DNA from: Bacteroidetes bacterium UKL13-3
GTDB taxonomy: Bacteria; Bacteroidota; Bacteroidia; UKL13-3
DNA: 64,000 bases
Assembly (NCBI GenBank): GCA_001602415.1
Contig: CP012155.1
Coordinates: forward strand, 1,718,718 to 1,782,717
Direction of reading: 5' to 3'
A program made the translations under genes and the position numbers. Below are positions 39,170 through 48,447 of this stretch, piece by piece. The first letter of the stretch is position 1. Each line of letters begins with the position of its first letter. A model generated the notes under the pieces. The model had not been told where the DNA came from. It did no database searches and worked only from the letters and a program-made list of their open reading frames with translations.

Positions 39170-39553
39170 ATGGAAACCAAAGTACATTTAACCGACTTGC
39201 ATACCGAAAGACAAACATGGCTTAAAGCAATGGCATTAAGTAAAGATGAAATTCAATCATTCGAAAATAGATTATCCGAAATTGTTAAAGCCAATAATCA
39301 AGTGGAAGTAACTTCGATGGTAGAGCATTTTCAAAATCAATTTATTCTTCAGCGCGAAGTAATGGATATTTTAATTCGTGATATTAATGCTTCTGAGGCG
39401 GCTATGGCCAAGCAAGTAGAAGCAAATCCTGTTGCAACCGAGCATAAAACAGCTCCTGATCATGTTGATTTAAGAGACCGTGCCGAAACATTTACCAATC
39501 TCTTTGCTGAATTGAAGGCAGAATTTAATAAGTTTGCAGCCAAAACGCTGTAG
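39170..39553 (+). CDS. hypothetical protein (coiled-coil)
   Basis: ORF only; no recognised domain; start codon ambiguous (39122 or 39170). Confidence 0.4.
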   Translation: METKVHLTDLHTERQTWLKAMALSKDEIQSFENRLSEIVKANNQVEVTSMVEHFQNQFILQREVMDILIRDINASEAAMAKQVEANPVATEHKTAPDHVDLRDRAETFTNLFAELKAEFNKFAAKTL

Positions 39554-40940
39554 CTTGTCAACTCTTTATCCTCAAGATTTTATACAACAAATTCGGACAC
39601 TCTTTGGTGAGGAGTCCGATTTTTTTTTGCAGGCACTCAATAATCCTGCCGCTACTTCTATTCGGCTCAATCCGTTTAAATCAAGTTCATGTTTTGAAAA
39701 CGAGCCTCCGATTGTTTGGTGTGAGCAAGGACGTTACCTCTCTCAACGTCCTGAATTTATATTCGATCCATTGTTTCATGCCGGAGCTTACTATGTTCAG
39801 GAAAGTTCATCCATGTTTTTACATCATGTATTATCACATGTTTTTTCACTGTATGAAAAACAAGTAAAAGTGCTTGATTTATGTGCCGCTCCGGGTGGAA
39901 AAAGTACACTCATCAATAGTTTGTTAAAACCAAGCGATTTGTTGGTAAGCAACGAAATTATTAAAAGTAGAGCAGGGGTTTTGGAAGAAAACTTGATGAA
40001 ATGGGGGCAATCTAACGTAGTCATTTCCAATAATGATCCGAAAGATTTTGGAACCCTGAAAGACTTTTTTGATGTTATCGTTGTTGATGCTCCCTGTTCT
40101 GGAGAGGGTTTGTTTCGAAGAGATAAACATGCCATTGAGGAGTGGAGCAACGATAATGTTGCTTTGTGTGAAGGTCGTCAGCAGCGCATTGTTGCCGATG
40201 TTATGGAGAGCCTGAAACCAGGTGGGTTTCTTATTTATTCAACGTGTACCTACAACCGTAAAGAAAATGAGGATAACGTAAAATGGATGATGGAAGAATG
40301 GAAATTACAGTCAGTTACTATCCCTACTCCACAAGAATGGCCAATAGCTGCTTCATTAGATAAAGATATTATAGCCTACCGCTTTTTGCCTCATAAAGTA
40401 ACAGGTGAAGGACTATTTATAACCTGCCTGCAAAAGCCTAAAGATACAGAGCCTCAAAAAGGAAGACCTTACAAACGCAGGGATAAAATTAGCAAGGAAC
40501 AGCTTAATTCTGTTCGTACTTGGTTAAACAACCATGACGATTATGAGTTTGTAATGGTGGGCGAAAGAGTGCATGCCATTCCTGTTCCATTAACTGAATC
40601 GTTTCAACAACTCACGCATCATTTGTACCTCAAAAATGCTGGAATATTTATGGGTACATTTGCCAAGAACGAGTTGATTCCTTCCCATCATCTAGCATTA
40701 AGCAACGTGTTGTCGCAGTCGGTTCAACGACTTGAAATATCAAGAGATGAAGCCATAAAGTACTTGCGTAAAGACAACCTGTTATTAGATACAAACTTGC
40801 TTGGTTGGACGGTGCTTACCTATAAACAATTGCCAATTGGTTGGGTTAAACTTTTGCCCAATAGGCTCAACAATTATTTACCTTCACACCTACGAATTTT
40901 AAAAGATTATACCTATGCAACGCAAACCGAAAAAATATAA
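39534..40940 (+). CDS. rsmF: NOL1/NOP2/Sun-family rRNA m5C methyltransferase (RsmF-like)
   Basis: SAM motif LDLCAAPGGKST. Catalytic DAPCSG and TCT Cys motifs. C-terminal extension typical of RsmF. Confidence 0.7.
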   Translation: MQPKRCSLSTLYPQDFIQQIRTLFGEESDFFLQALNNPAATSIRLNPFKSSSCFENEPPIVWCEQGRYLSQRPEFIFDPLFHAGAYYVQESSSMFLHHVLSHVFSLYEKQVKVLDLCAAPGGKSTLINSLLKPSDLLVSNEIIKSRAGVLEENLMKWGQSNVVISNNDPKDFGTLKDFFDVIVVDAPCSGEGLFRRDKHAIEEWSNDNVALCEGRQQRIVADVMESLKPGGFLIYSTCTYNRKENEDNVKWMMEEWKLQSVTIPTPQEWPIAASLDKDIIAYRFLPHKVTGEGLFITCLQKPKDTEPQKGRPYKRRDKISKEQLNSVRTWLNNHDDYEFVMVGERVHAIPVPLTESFQQLTHHLYLKNAGIFMGTFAKNELIPSHHLALSNVLSQSVQRLEISRDEAIKYLRKDNLLLDTNLLGWTVLTYKQLPIGWVKLLPNRLNNYLPSHLRILKDYTYATQTEKI

Positions 40941-42201
40941 AGAAAAAGAAGAAAAGCCTGAGAGGGACTACAGTAAAGTGAAGTTGTTTCCTAATTTAAT
41001 GAAGGCTGTTTTGGATTGTTCGCGTCAAATATTTTTTGAGAAGAAATATGCCGATAAGGTTATTGAGCGTATGTTAAAATCCAACTCGCAGTGGGGAGCC
41101 CGTGATAGGGCATTTATTGCCGAGTATACTTACGATATGGTGAGATGGTGGCGTTTATTGCAATACATGAGTGGTATTAAAGAAAATGAAACGGGTGTAA
41201 AAATGCCTTTAATGTTTGCTGCTCTCTGGGTTTGGAATGGACATGATTTACCCGAATGGGAAGAGTTTAGAGGATTCGACAAAGCAAAAATGTTTAGGTT
41301 GTTTGACGATGCGCAATCGCAACGCAAAATTCGCGAATCTATTCCGGATTGGTTGGATGCCCTAGGAGAGCGAGAACTTGGTCCAAAATGGGATGCCGAA
41401 ATAAAGGCACTAAACAATCAAGCTGATTTAGTGGTGAGAGCCAATACTCTCAAAATTACTAGAGCTGGTTTGTTAAGAAAATTGGAAGATGAACATATTG
41501 AAGCATCGCCCATAGATGATTTACCAGATGCTATTGTTTTGCATAAACGCATTAACCTTTTTGCAACAAGGTTTATCAAAGATGGTTTGTTGGAAGTGCA
41601 GGATGCAGCTTCGCAATTGGTTGCCGATTTTTTGGAAGTAGAACCCGGAATGCGCGTTATTGATGCATGTGCTGGTGCTGGTGGAAAATCTCTTCACATT
41701 GCAGCATTGATGCAAAACAAAGGCAGGTTAATTTCCATGGATATTGAAGAGTTTAAATTGGAAGAACTCAAAAAACGTGCACGCAGAGCTGGCGTAGGGA
41801 ATATTGAAACGCGAGTTATAGAGTCGAGCAAAACCATAAAGCGTTTGCAAGAAACGGCTGATAGGTTATTGTTGGATGTACCTTGCAGTGGCTTAGGAGT
41901 GTTGCGCAGAAACCCAGATGCCAAATGGAAAATGGGATTGGATTTCATCATCAATATTCGCAAAACACAGCTGGAAATTTTGCAGAATTACTCTATAATG
42001 CTAAAACCAGGAGGTAAAATGGTATATGCAACATGCAGTATTTTGCCGAGCGAAGATGAAGAACAGGTGCAAACTTTTTTAGCGGCTAATCCAAATTTTG
42101 AGTTGGAGCGTCAAGAGCGTATTTCGGTGGCCGAAACCGGTTTTGATGGATTTTACATGGCCTTGATAAGCAAGAAAGTTTCGGTTGCAGACACCGAATA
42201 A
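40915..42201 (+). CDS. rsmB: 16S rRNA m5C methyltransferase RsmB-like (NusB-like N-domain plus NOL1/NOP2/Sun core)
   Basis: VIDACAGAGGKSLH, DVPCSGLGV and ATCS motifs. Overlaps the preceding paralog by 26 bp. Confidence 0.75.
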   Translation: MQRKPKKYKEKEEKPERDYSKVKLFPNLMKAVLDCSRQIFFEKKYADKVIERMLKSNSQWGARDRAFIAEYTYDMVRWWRLLQYMSGIKENETGVKMPLMFAALWVWNGHDLPEWEEFRGFDKAKMFRLFDDAQSQRKIRESIPDWLDALGERELGPKWDAEIKALNNQADLVVRANTLKITRAGLLRKLEDEHIEASPIDDLPDAIVLHKRINLFATRFIKDGLLEVQDAASQLVADFLEVEPGMRVIDACAGAGGKSLHIAALMQNKGRLISMDIEEFKLEELKKRARRAGVGNIETRVIESSKTIKRLQETADRLLLDVPCSGLGVLRRNPDAKWKMGLDFIINIRKTQLEILQNYSIMLKPGGKMVYATCSILPSEDEEQVQTFLAANPNFELERQERISVAETGFDGFYMALISKKVSVADTE

Positions 42202-42237
42202 AACGATATTTTTGACACTTTTATAGGATACGAATAC

Positions 42238-42978
42238 ATGCTGAACAATAAAAAAGTAGTTGTTGTAATGCCGGCATACAATGCTGCACAAACGCTCGAG
42301 AAAACATATAAAGAAATTCCGTTTGAAATAGTAGATGATGTAATCGTGGTTGATGATGCAGGTAAAGATAATACGGCTGAAGTTGCCCGTAACTTAGGTA
42401 TTAAGCATGTAATCCGTCACGAAAAAAATAAAGGGTACGGAGGAAATCAAAAAACCTGTTACAATAAAGCAAAAGAAATTGGTGCCGATATTGTAATCAT
42501 GTTGCACCCCGATTACCAGTACACACCTAAACTCATTATGGCCATGACAAGCATCATTGCCAACGATTTGTATCCGGTAGTTTTTGGTTCACGTATACTC
42601 GGAATGGGAGCTTTAAAAGGTGGAATGCCCATGTATAAATTTATTTTTAACCGCTGCCTTACTTTGTTTCAAAATATTTTAATGAGTCAAAAACTCTCAG
42701 AATACCATACCGGTTACCGTGCATTTAGCAGAGAGGTGTTGGATAAGGTAAACTATGAATTGTGTTCAGACGATTTTGTGTTCGATAACCAAATGATTGC
42801 TCAAATCTTTTATGCAGGTTTTGAAATTGCCGAAGTAACCTGTCCTACAAAATATTTTCCCGAAGCTTCATCCATCAACTTTAAACGAAGCAGCATTTAT
42901 GGAATAGGTGTTTTACATACTTCCATCATTTATCGCCTGCAAAAATGGGGTTTAATGAAATTTAAAATCTTTCAGTAG
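42238..42978 (+). CDS. GT2 polyprenyl-phosphate glycosyltransferase (DPM1/ArnC/GtrB-like)
   Basis: VVMPAYNAAQTL, VVDDAGKDNT and ED motifs of GT-A fold family 2; 246 aa. Confidence 0.8.
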   Translation: MLNNKKVVVVMPAYNAAQTLEKTYKEIPFEIVDDVIVVDDAGKDNTAEVARNLGIKHVIRHEKNKGYGGNQKTCYNKAKEIGADIVIMLHPDYQYTPKLIMAMTSIIANDLYPVVFGSRILGMGALKGGMPMYKFIFNRCLTLFQNILMSQKLSEYHTGYRAFSREVLDKVNYELCSDDFVFDNQMIAQIFYAGFEIAEVTCPTKYFPEASSINFKRSSIYGIGVLHTSIIYRLQKWGLMKFKIFQ

Positions 42979-43459
42979 ACTTTTCGAACACTAAACACGA
43001 CATTGCATTTCAAATGAAACTAAAAATCGTTTCGGTGTTTTTGTTTGCATTGTTTTGAATAGTGGTTGCCTTTCAGGGTTATGGTAAAGTTCGTGCTAGT
43101 AATAATCATATTGTACAAACAATAAGAAATGAAGTACCTAATAAATCCTTGAGTATTGTATTGCTCAAATGTCTTACTAAAGGCATTAACATGGTTGAAG
43201 AGGATTTTAGCGATGAACATCCTGATGGTGACAGCTCAAATGACGAAGCGTTCATACCTTCCTTCCTTAATCACACCGCAGTTGGTTGTTGCATAAGTTT
43301 TTCTTTCAAAGCTATTAGGCACGTCTCCAAACAACATCCTCTCCTCAAAATATTTACACCTCCCGATGTACTTACTTCATAAGCTCTTGCTCAATTTTTG
43401 AGTGGGGGTATTTTTACAGATGAATATTCGTCTGTGTAAATTTAAAGCGACTATTTTTC

Positions 43460-45018
43460 ATGAGAGAAGAAATTAATTTACAGCCCTTATCGGCCAAATA
43501 TCTTAAATACGATTTACCAGCTGGACTTGCGGTGTTTTTTGTAGCTGTGCGGTATTGCACATGCATCAGGAGCTCCGCTTATTTCGGGTTTAATAACCGG
43601 AATGTTGGGTGGCGTAATTACTGGTTTAATAAGCAATTCGCAATTAAGCGTAAGTGGTCCAGCCGCTGGCTTAACAGCAATTGCTATAGCAGGTATAATC
43701 AAGTTGGGCTCGTTTGAGGCTTTTTTACTTGCCACAGTTTTTGCAGGAATTATTCAAATACTTTTGGGTGTTTTTAGAGTTGGTTTTATAGCTAATTACA
43801 TACCAAGTACCGTTATCAAAGGCATGCTATCAGCCATCGGTTTAATTCTTATTATTAAACAATTTCCACATGTAATTGGCTATGATATTGAAGAAATGGG
43901 GGTTGAGGAATTTGCAGTAACAGCTCAGGATATGAACGAGTTGTATAAAGAAAGTAAAGCAGCCGAAACCAATACGTTTACCATTTTTATGCATCCCCTC
44001 AATAATCTTAATCGAGGTGTTTTGTTTATCGGCTTGGTTAGTCTGATTTTTCTTGTTGTTTGGGACAGGTTTTTCCAAAAACGGTATAAGGCGTTACCCG
44101 GATCATTATTGGTGGTGTTAATTGGAATTGCTATCAGCTATTTGTTAGAGCATTTCTTATTTTCCTCTCCCTTGGGACAAGATCACTTTGTGAATATTCC
44201 AAAACTTGATTCTATAACAGCATTTTTGCATGTGAGTAAATTCCCCAACTGGAGTGTTGTGTCCAAATACGCGGTTTACAGCACAGCATTTACCATTGCT
44301 ATTGTTGCATCAATAGAAACATTATTATCAGTGGAGGCCGTTGATAAACTTGATCCGCAAAAGCGTAAAATACCTGCAAATAGAGAATTAATAGCACAAG
44401 GTATTGGCAATACCCTTGCCGGATTGTTGGGTGGATTATCTATGACAGCTGTAATTGTTCGTGGTTCGGTTAACGTATCGGCCGGTGCTCAAACCAAATT
44501 AGCAACCATTATACATGGTTTACTTATTGTAATTGCAGTAGTTTTTTTAGCTCCATTGATGAATCTTATTCCTTTAGCTTGTTTGGCTGCGGTACTTATT
44601 TATACCGGATATAAACTATTGGCGCCTCAATTAGTATTTGAACAATTTTAAAAAGGCTGGGGGCAGTTTATTCCTTTTGTGGTAACGGTATTAGCCATTG
44701 TGTTTTCTGATTTATTAATTGGAGTAAGCATTGGAATTGTTGTTTCACTTATTTTTATTGTGAAAGAAGATTACCAGGGTACGGTTCTTTCTGTTAAGGA
44801 TTATGGTACTCGTAAACGAATTGTGTTGGGAGAAAACATAACGTTCTTACACAAACCCAAACTAGCTCAAATATTGGATGAAATACCTAACCATTGAACG
44901 CTGGAAATTGATGGCTCCCGCAATTTTTATATTGATAAAGACATCATCGAACTCATCATCGACTTTAAAGCAAAGGCATCTCAAAAAAACATTGAACTCA
45001 TTATAGGAGGAATAAAAC
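43460..45018 (+). pseudogene. disrupted SulP-family anion transporter with STAS domain (frameshift near 43545-43560; in-frame TAA at 44649-44651; in-frame TGA at 44895-44897), reading in frame into the beta-carbonic anhydrase ORF
   Basis: N-terminus LKYDLPAGLAVFFVAV is in one frame. The conserved continuation LCGIAHASGAPLISGLITGMLGGVITGLISNSQLSVSGPAAGLTA is in another. The reading then goes FEQF*KGWGQFIPFVVTVLA and EIPNH*TLEIDGSRNFYIDKD, i.e. clear SulP TM and STAS sequence continuing through two stop codons. Confidence 0.55.
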
Positions 45019-45020
45019 AA

Positions 45021-45689
45021 ATGCAAAACGAAGACTTACAAGAAAGCATGCGTAAATCATACGACCGCTTGTTCATCAATAACGAAAAATGGATTGAGGC
45101 ACGCACCAAGGAAGATCCTGAATATTTTCATAAATTAGCTAAAGGGCAAACTCCGCAGTATCTTTTTATTGGTTGCTCGGATAGCCGCGTTCCTGCGAAT
45201 GAAATTACAGGTACCGATGCTGGTGAAATGTTTGTACATCGTAATATTGCTAATTTGGTAGTTAACACAGATGTAAATATGTTGTCGGTTGTTCAGTATT
45301 CGGTTGAGGTACTCAATGTGAAACATATTATCGTATGTGGGCATTACGGTTGTGGCGGTATTCGTGAGGCAATGCAAAACAGGTCGAACGGACTTATTGA
45401 TAAGTGGCTGCGAAATATTAAAGATGTTATTCGTTTGCATAAAGACGAACTAGATCATATACATGATGACGACTTACGCTACAGACGATTGGTTGAATTA
45501 AACGTGAAAGAGCAGGTTATGAATCTCATGAAAACATCCTTTATTCAGAAGAATATTTCAGAATACGAATTTCCTCAAATTCATGGTTGGGTGTATGATA
45601 TTAGCAACGGGAAAATTGTGGACTTGGAAGTAAATATTGAGGATGAATTTCCGGGATATGGTGATGTTTACAAAATTGATATTGATTAA
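45021..45689 (+). CDS. beta-class carbonic anhydrase (in frame with the upstream STAS-coding sequence; also has its own ATG)
   Basis: GCSDSRV and HYGCGG zinc-ligand motifs; 222 aa. Confidence 0.75.
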   Translation: MQNEDLQESMRKSYDRLFINNEKWIEARTKEDPEYFHKLAKGQTPQYLFIGCSDSRVPANEITGTDAGEMFVHRNIANLVVNTDVNMLSVVQYSVEVLNVKHIIVCGHYGCGGIREAMQNRSNGLIDKWLRNIKDVIRLHKDELDHIHDDDLRYRRLVELNVKEQVMNLMKTSFIQKNISEYEFPQIHGWVYDISNGKIVDLEVNIEDEFPGYGDVYKIDID

Positions 45690-47323
45690 TCATTAACCGG
45701 GTATCTAACCAATAAAGCAAAACCTCCTCGCTGTTCAATTAAGGTGAGATGGTTTTTGGTATAGCGATTCAAATGGTTAACTTTTACAACGAAATAGGCT
45801 GGTTTATCAATAGATCCTGTTAATAACCAATTTATATCATAATATGATGGATGGGTTTTAGGCTCACTGTTACTGTAAAAATATTGCGCATAGCTTTTAT
45901 GTCCTAAACTTTCAACGTAGACATCTTTTCCGATTAAACTTTGGTAGAATTCAATTGCCGGTCGTTGAGAATAAGCCTCAATTTTAGGAACAACCATCAT
46001 CATATAAGAGGGTATAACAATGGCAAACGAAATTAACAGCGTAAAAATACCCTTACTCAACTGTTGTTTCTGAAACATCGCAAAGGAATAAACCGAAACA
46101 ACGGCAAGAAAAAAACCAATCATCCACTCAAATCCATTCCACTCAGCGTTTATGGTTAAGGATGCAATTGCAAAATCATCTTTAATATAAGGAATAAGTT
46201 TGTGCTTAAACAATTCTATTAAGGGTAAAGCTGCTAATAATGACGAAACCAATAATCCGAAAATAAGGACAGGAATACTCATCCAGCTACTTAATTTTTG
46301 CTGGTTAAGCAAGGTTTTTTCGATACCCAATGCCGCCATAAATGTTAAAGGCATGTAGCATAAGGATGAATAATGAACAATTTTTGTTGTAACAAGTGAA
46401 AACAAGATTAGAACCACCCAAAACAATATTCCCATCCATTGTTTTAAAGTGCTTTCTTTAAGATGTTGCGACCTTGTTAGAAAACCTTTGATAGCAAAAA
46501 TAGAGGCAGGGAAGCAGCCAATAAGCAAAACAACCGGGTGATAAAACCAAGGCTGACCATGTCCCGCAACAGGATTTTTGAATAAGTCTACTTGATATTT
46601 GAGGAAATCAATAAGCACGCCTGCTCCGTTTTTACTTATTTCAACAATTACCCACAAACTCGAAATACCAATGATACACAACAAGGCTAAAGCAAGTTGT
46701 TTAACTGAAAAGTAAACACTAAACCCCGACCTAATAAAATAAACTCCAGCACACAATACTGCAACAAGAAGCGCAACCGGACCTTTTGTTAAAACGGCTA
46801 ATCCAAGCAGTATTCCTATAAATACAAATCTTTTGGTACGATGTTGTCGGTTTTGTTTTTGCGAAACCAAGCTCAATTGCCAAATAGCAGTGAAAATAAA
46901 AAGGTTAAACCATGGATCAATAATGCCACTTTTAAAATACAATGCCGGAGTAAAAGATCCCATCATAAAAAGAACCCACAACCAAGCAAAACGGGTATTA
47001 AAGGTTTGTTTACCAATATAAAACAAGAGGCTCAAGGTAATCATACCGCAAACTGCATTGGGAAAACGAGCCGCAAATTCGTTTACACCAAACACACTCA
47101 TACTTAATGCTTGTAGCCAAAAGAAAAAGGGTGGTTTCTCCCAAAAAGGCTGGAAGTTAATTTGCACCCGAAAATATTCATGGGTAATCAGCATTTCGCG
47201 AGCCGATTCCGCAAAATTGATTTCATCCCAATCGAATAAATGTACATTCCCTAAAAATGGAATAAATAAAATTGCAGCAATAAAGGCAACAGATAATGGA
47301 TTATTGATTAGTGGTGATTTCAT
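45686..47323 (-). CDS. ArnT/PMT-like (GT39/GT83) polyprenyl-phosphate-sugar-dependent glycosyltransferase
   Basis: Polytopic membrane protein; N-terminal loop FDWDEINFAESAREM...FWEKPPFFFW characteristic of the ArnT/PMT family. Likely start MKSPLINN (47323); ORF extends to 47455. Confidence 0.7.
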   Translation of the reverse strand: MKSPLINNPLSVAFIAAILFIPFLGNVHLFDWDEINFAESAREMLITHEYFRVQINFQPFWEKPPFFFWLQALSMSVFGVNEFAARFPNAVCGMITLSLLFYIGKQTFNTRFAWLWVLFMMGSFTPALYFKSGIIDPWFNLFIFTAIWQLSLVSQKQNRQHRTKRFVFIGILLGLAVLTKGPVALLVAVLCAGVYFIRSGFSVYFSVKQLALALLCIIGISSLWVIVEISKNGAGVLIDFLKYQVDLFKNPVAGHGQPWFYHPVVLLIGCFPASIFAIKGFLTRSQHLKESTLKQWMGILFWVVLILFSLVTTKIVHYSSLCYMPLTFMAALGIEKTLLNQQKLSSWMSIPVLIFGLLVSSLLAALPLIELFKHKLIPYIKDDFAIASLTINAEWNGFEWMIGFFLAVVSVYSFAMFQKQQLSKGIFTLLISFAIVIPSYMMMVVPKIEAYSQRPAIEFYQSLIGKDVYVESLGHKSYAQYFYSNSEPKTHPSYYDINWLLTGSIDKPAYFVVKVNHLNRYTKNHLTLIEQRGGFALLVRYPVND

Positions 47324-47981
47324 CGATACGCAATTTAGCAGCAAAAAAGGTATAAATAAAAGTAACCATACAAACAGCAAGAATAGATCCTGCAATAATA
47401 TCAGCCCAAAAATGCTGCAATAGGTAAACCCGAGAAATGGCGATAGAAGAAGCAATGATTACCCAAACCCAGCCTAATTTTTTATTTTTATGAAGCAGTG
47501 CTAAAAGTGTATACAATGAAAATGCTGCTGTAGTATGGCCTGAAGGAAAACTGTTATATGCGTTCATTTCGACACCCTCTACAAAATGCAAACCTTGTAT
47601 TTCACGCATAATAGTAACTGGTCGGTGGCTATCTTCAAACACAAAGTGCTTTAACAATTGGGTAATTAAAGAGGGTACCAACAAACATAATAGTGTTACC
47701 AGCCATAATTTCCTATTTATAAACACCAATATGATGCCTACCAAAACTAAAAAAAATCCATCACCAGTGTAGGTTGTATAATTCATTAATACATCACCCA
47801 AAGTGGAGTAGAGACCATTAATAAATATAGAAATTTGAAATTGTGTAAATGTGAACTGAACGGAAAGGCCTAAAAGCCAAATGAATACAAAGCTTAAGTA
47901 AAATACCTTGTTGGTTTGGATGACCTTACGTAGTTGTTGTAGATACACGATGGCAAGTTGCAAGGAAAATTCTTGATTCAC
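47301..47981 (-). CDS. PAP2-family membrane phosphatase (lipid phosphate phosphatase)
   Basis: PAP2 motifs SFPSGHT and RVYLLQHFWAD. Confidence 0.8.
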   Translation of the reverse strand: MNQEFSLQLAIVYLQQLRKVIQTNKVFYLSFVFIWLLGLSVQFTFTQFQISIFINGLYSTLGDVLMNYTTYTGDGFFLVLVGIILVFINRKLWLVTLLCLLVPSLITQLLKHFVFEDSHRPVTIMREIQGLHFVEGVEMNAYNSFPSGHTTAAFSLYTLLALLHKNKKLGWVWVIIASSIAISRVYLLQHFWADIIAGSILAVCMVTFIYTFFAAKLRIDEITTNQ

Positions 47982-48102
47982 AAGTTAAAAATAGTATATT
48001 GATTATAAGGGAATTACTAATTCTTTTAGTACTATGTATTGCAAAGTACATAATTAAGCATAGATTTGTGCCGTGATTGTTACCAAACACTATCAATAGA
48101 TT

Positions 48103-48447
48103 ATGAATGTAGAGAACTCGAAAGCGCAAATGAAAAAAGGAATACTCGAATTGTGTATTCTGAGTATTATCTCCAGAGGAGAGGTATACGCGTCCGACAT
48201 AATTGAGGAACTCAAAACCTCAAAAATGATTGTGGTAGAAGGTACTTTGTATCCGTTGCTAACACGATTAAAAAACGAAGGATTATTAAGTTATCAATGG
48301 ATTGAATCGAAGTCGGGACCACCGCGTAAATATTTTCAGTTAACTGAAGATGGAAAACAATTTTTAGAGGGATTAAAAGAAACATGGAATGAGTTGGTAT
48401 CTGCCGTATCAACAGTCACGAAAAATTTAAACACACCACAACTATGA
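48103..48447 (+). CDS. PadR-family transcriptional regulator
   Basis: Winged-helix PadR signature (ILELCILSIISRGEVYASDIIEELK...EGTLYPLLTRLKNEGLL). Confidence 0.85.
   Translation: MNVENSKAQMKKGILELCILSIISRGEVYASDIIEELKTSKMIVVEGTLYPLLTRLKNEGLLSYQWIESKSGPPRKYFQLTEDGKQFLEGLKETWNELVSAVSTVTKNLNTPQL

Noticed and set aside
44649-44897. In-frame TAA and TGA within the SulP coding sequence as programmed recoding (readthrough or selenocysteine)
   Set aside because: Two different stop codons plus a separate frameshift in the same gene. There is no obvious SECIS-like hairpin, and the STAS/TM context gives no reason to expect Sec. Pseudogenisation or sequence error is simpler.
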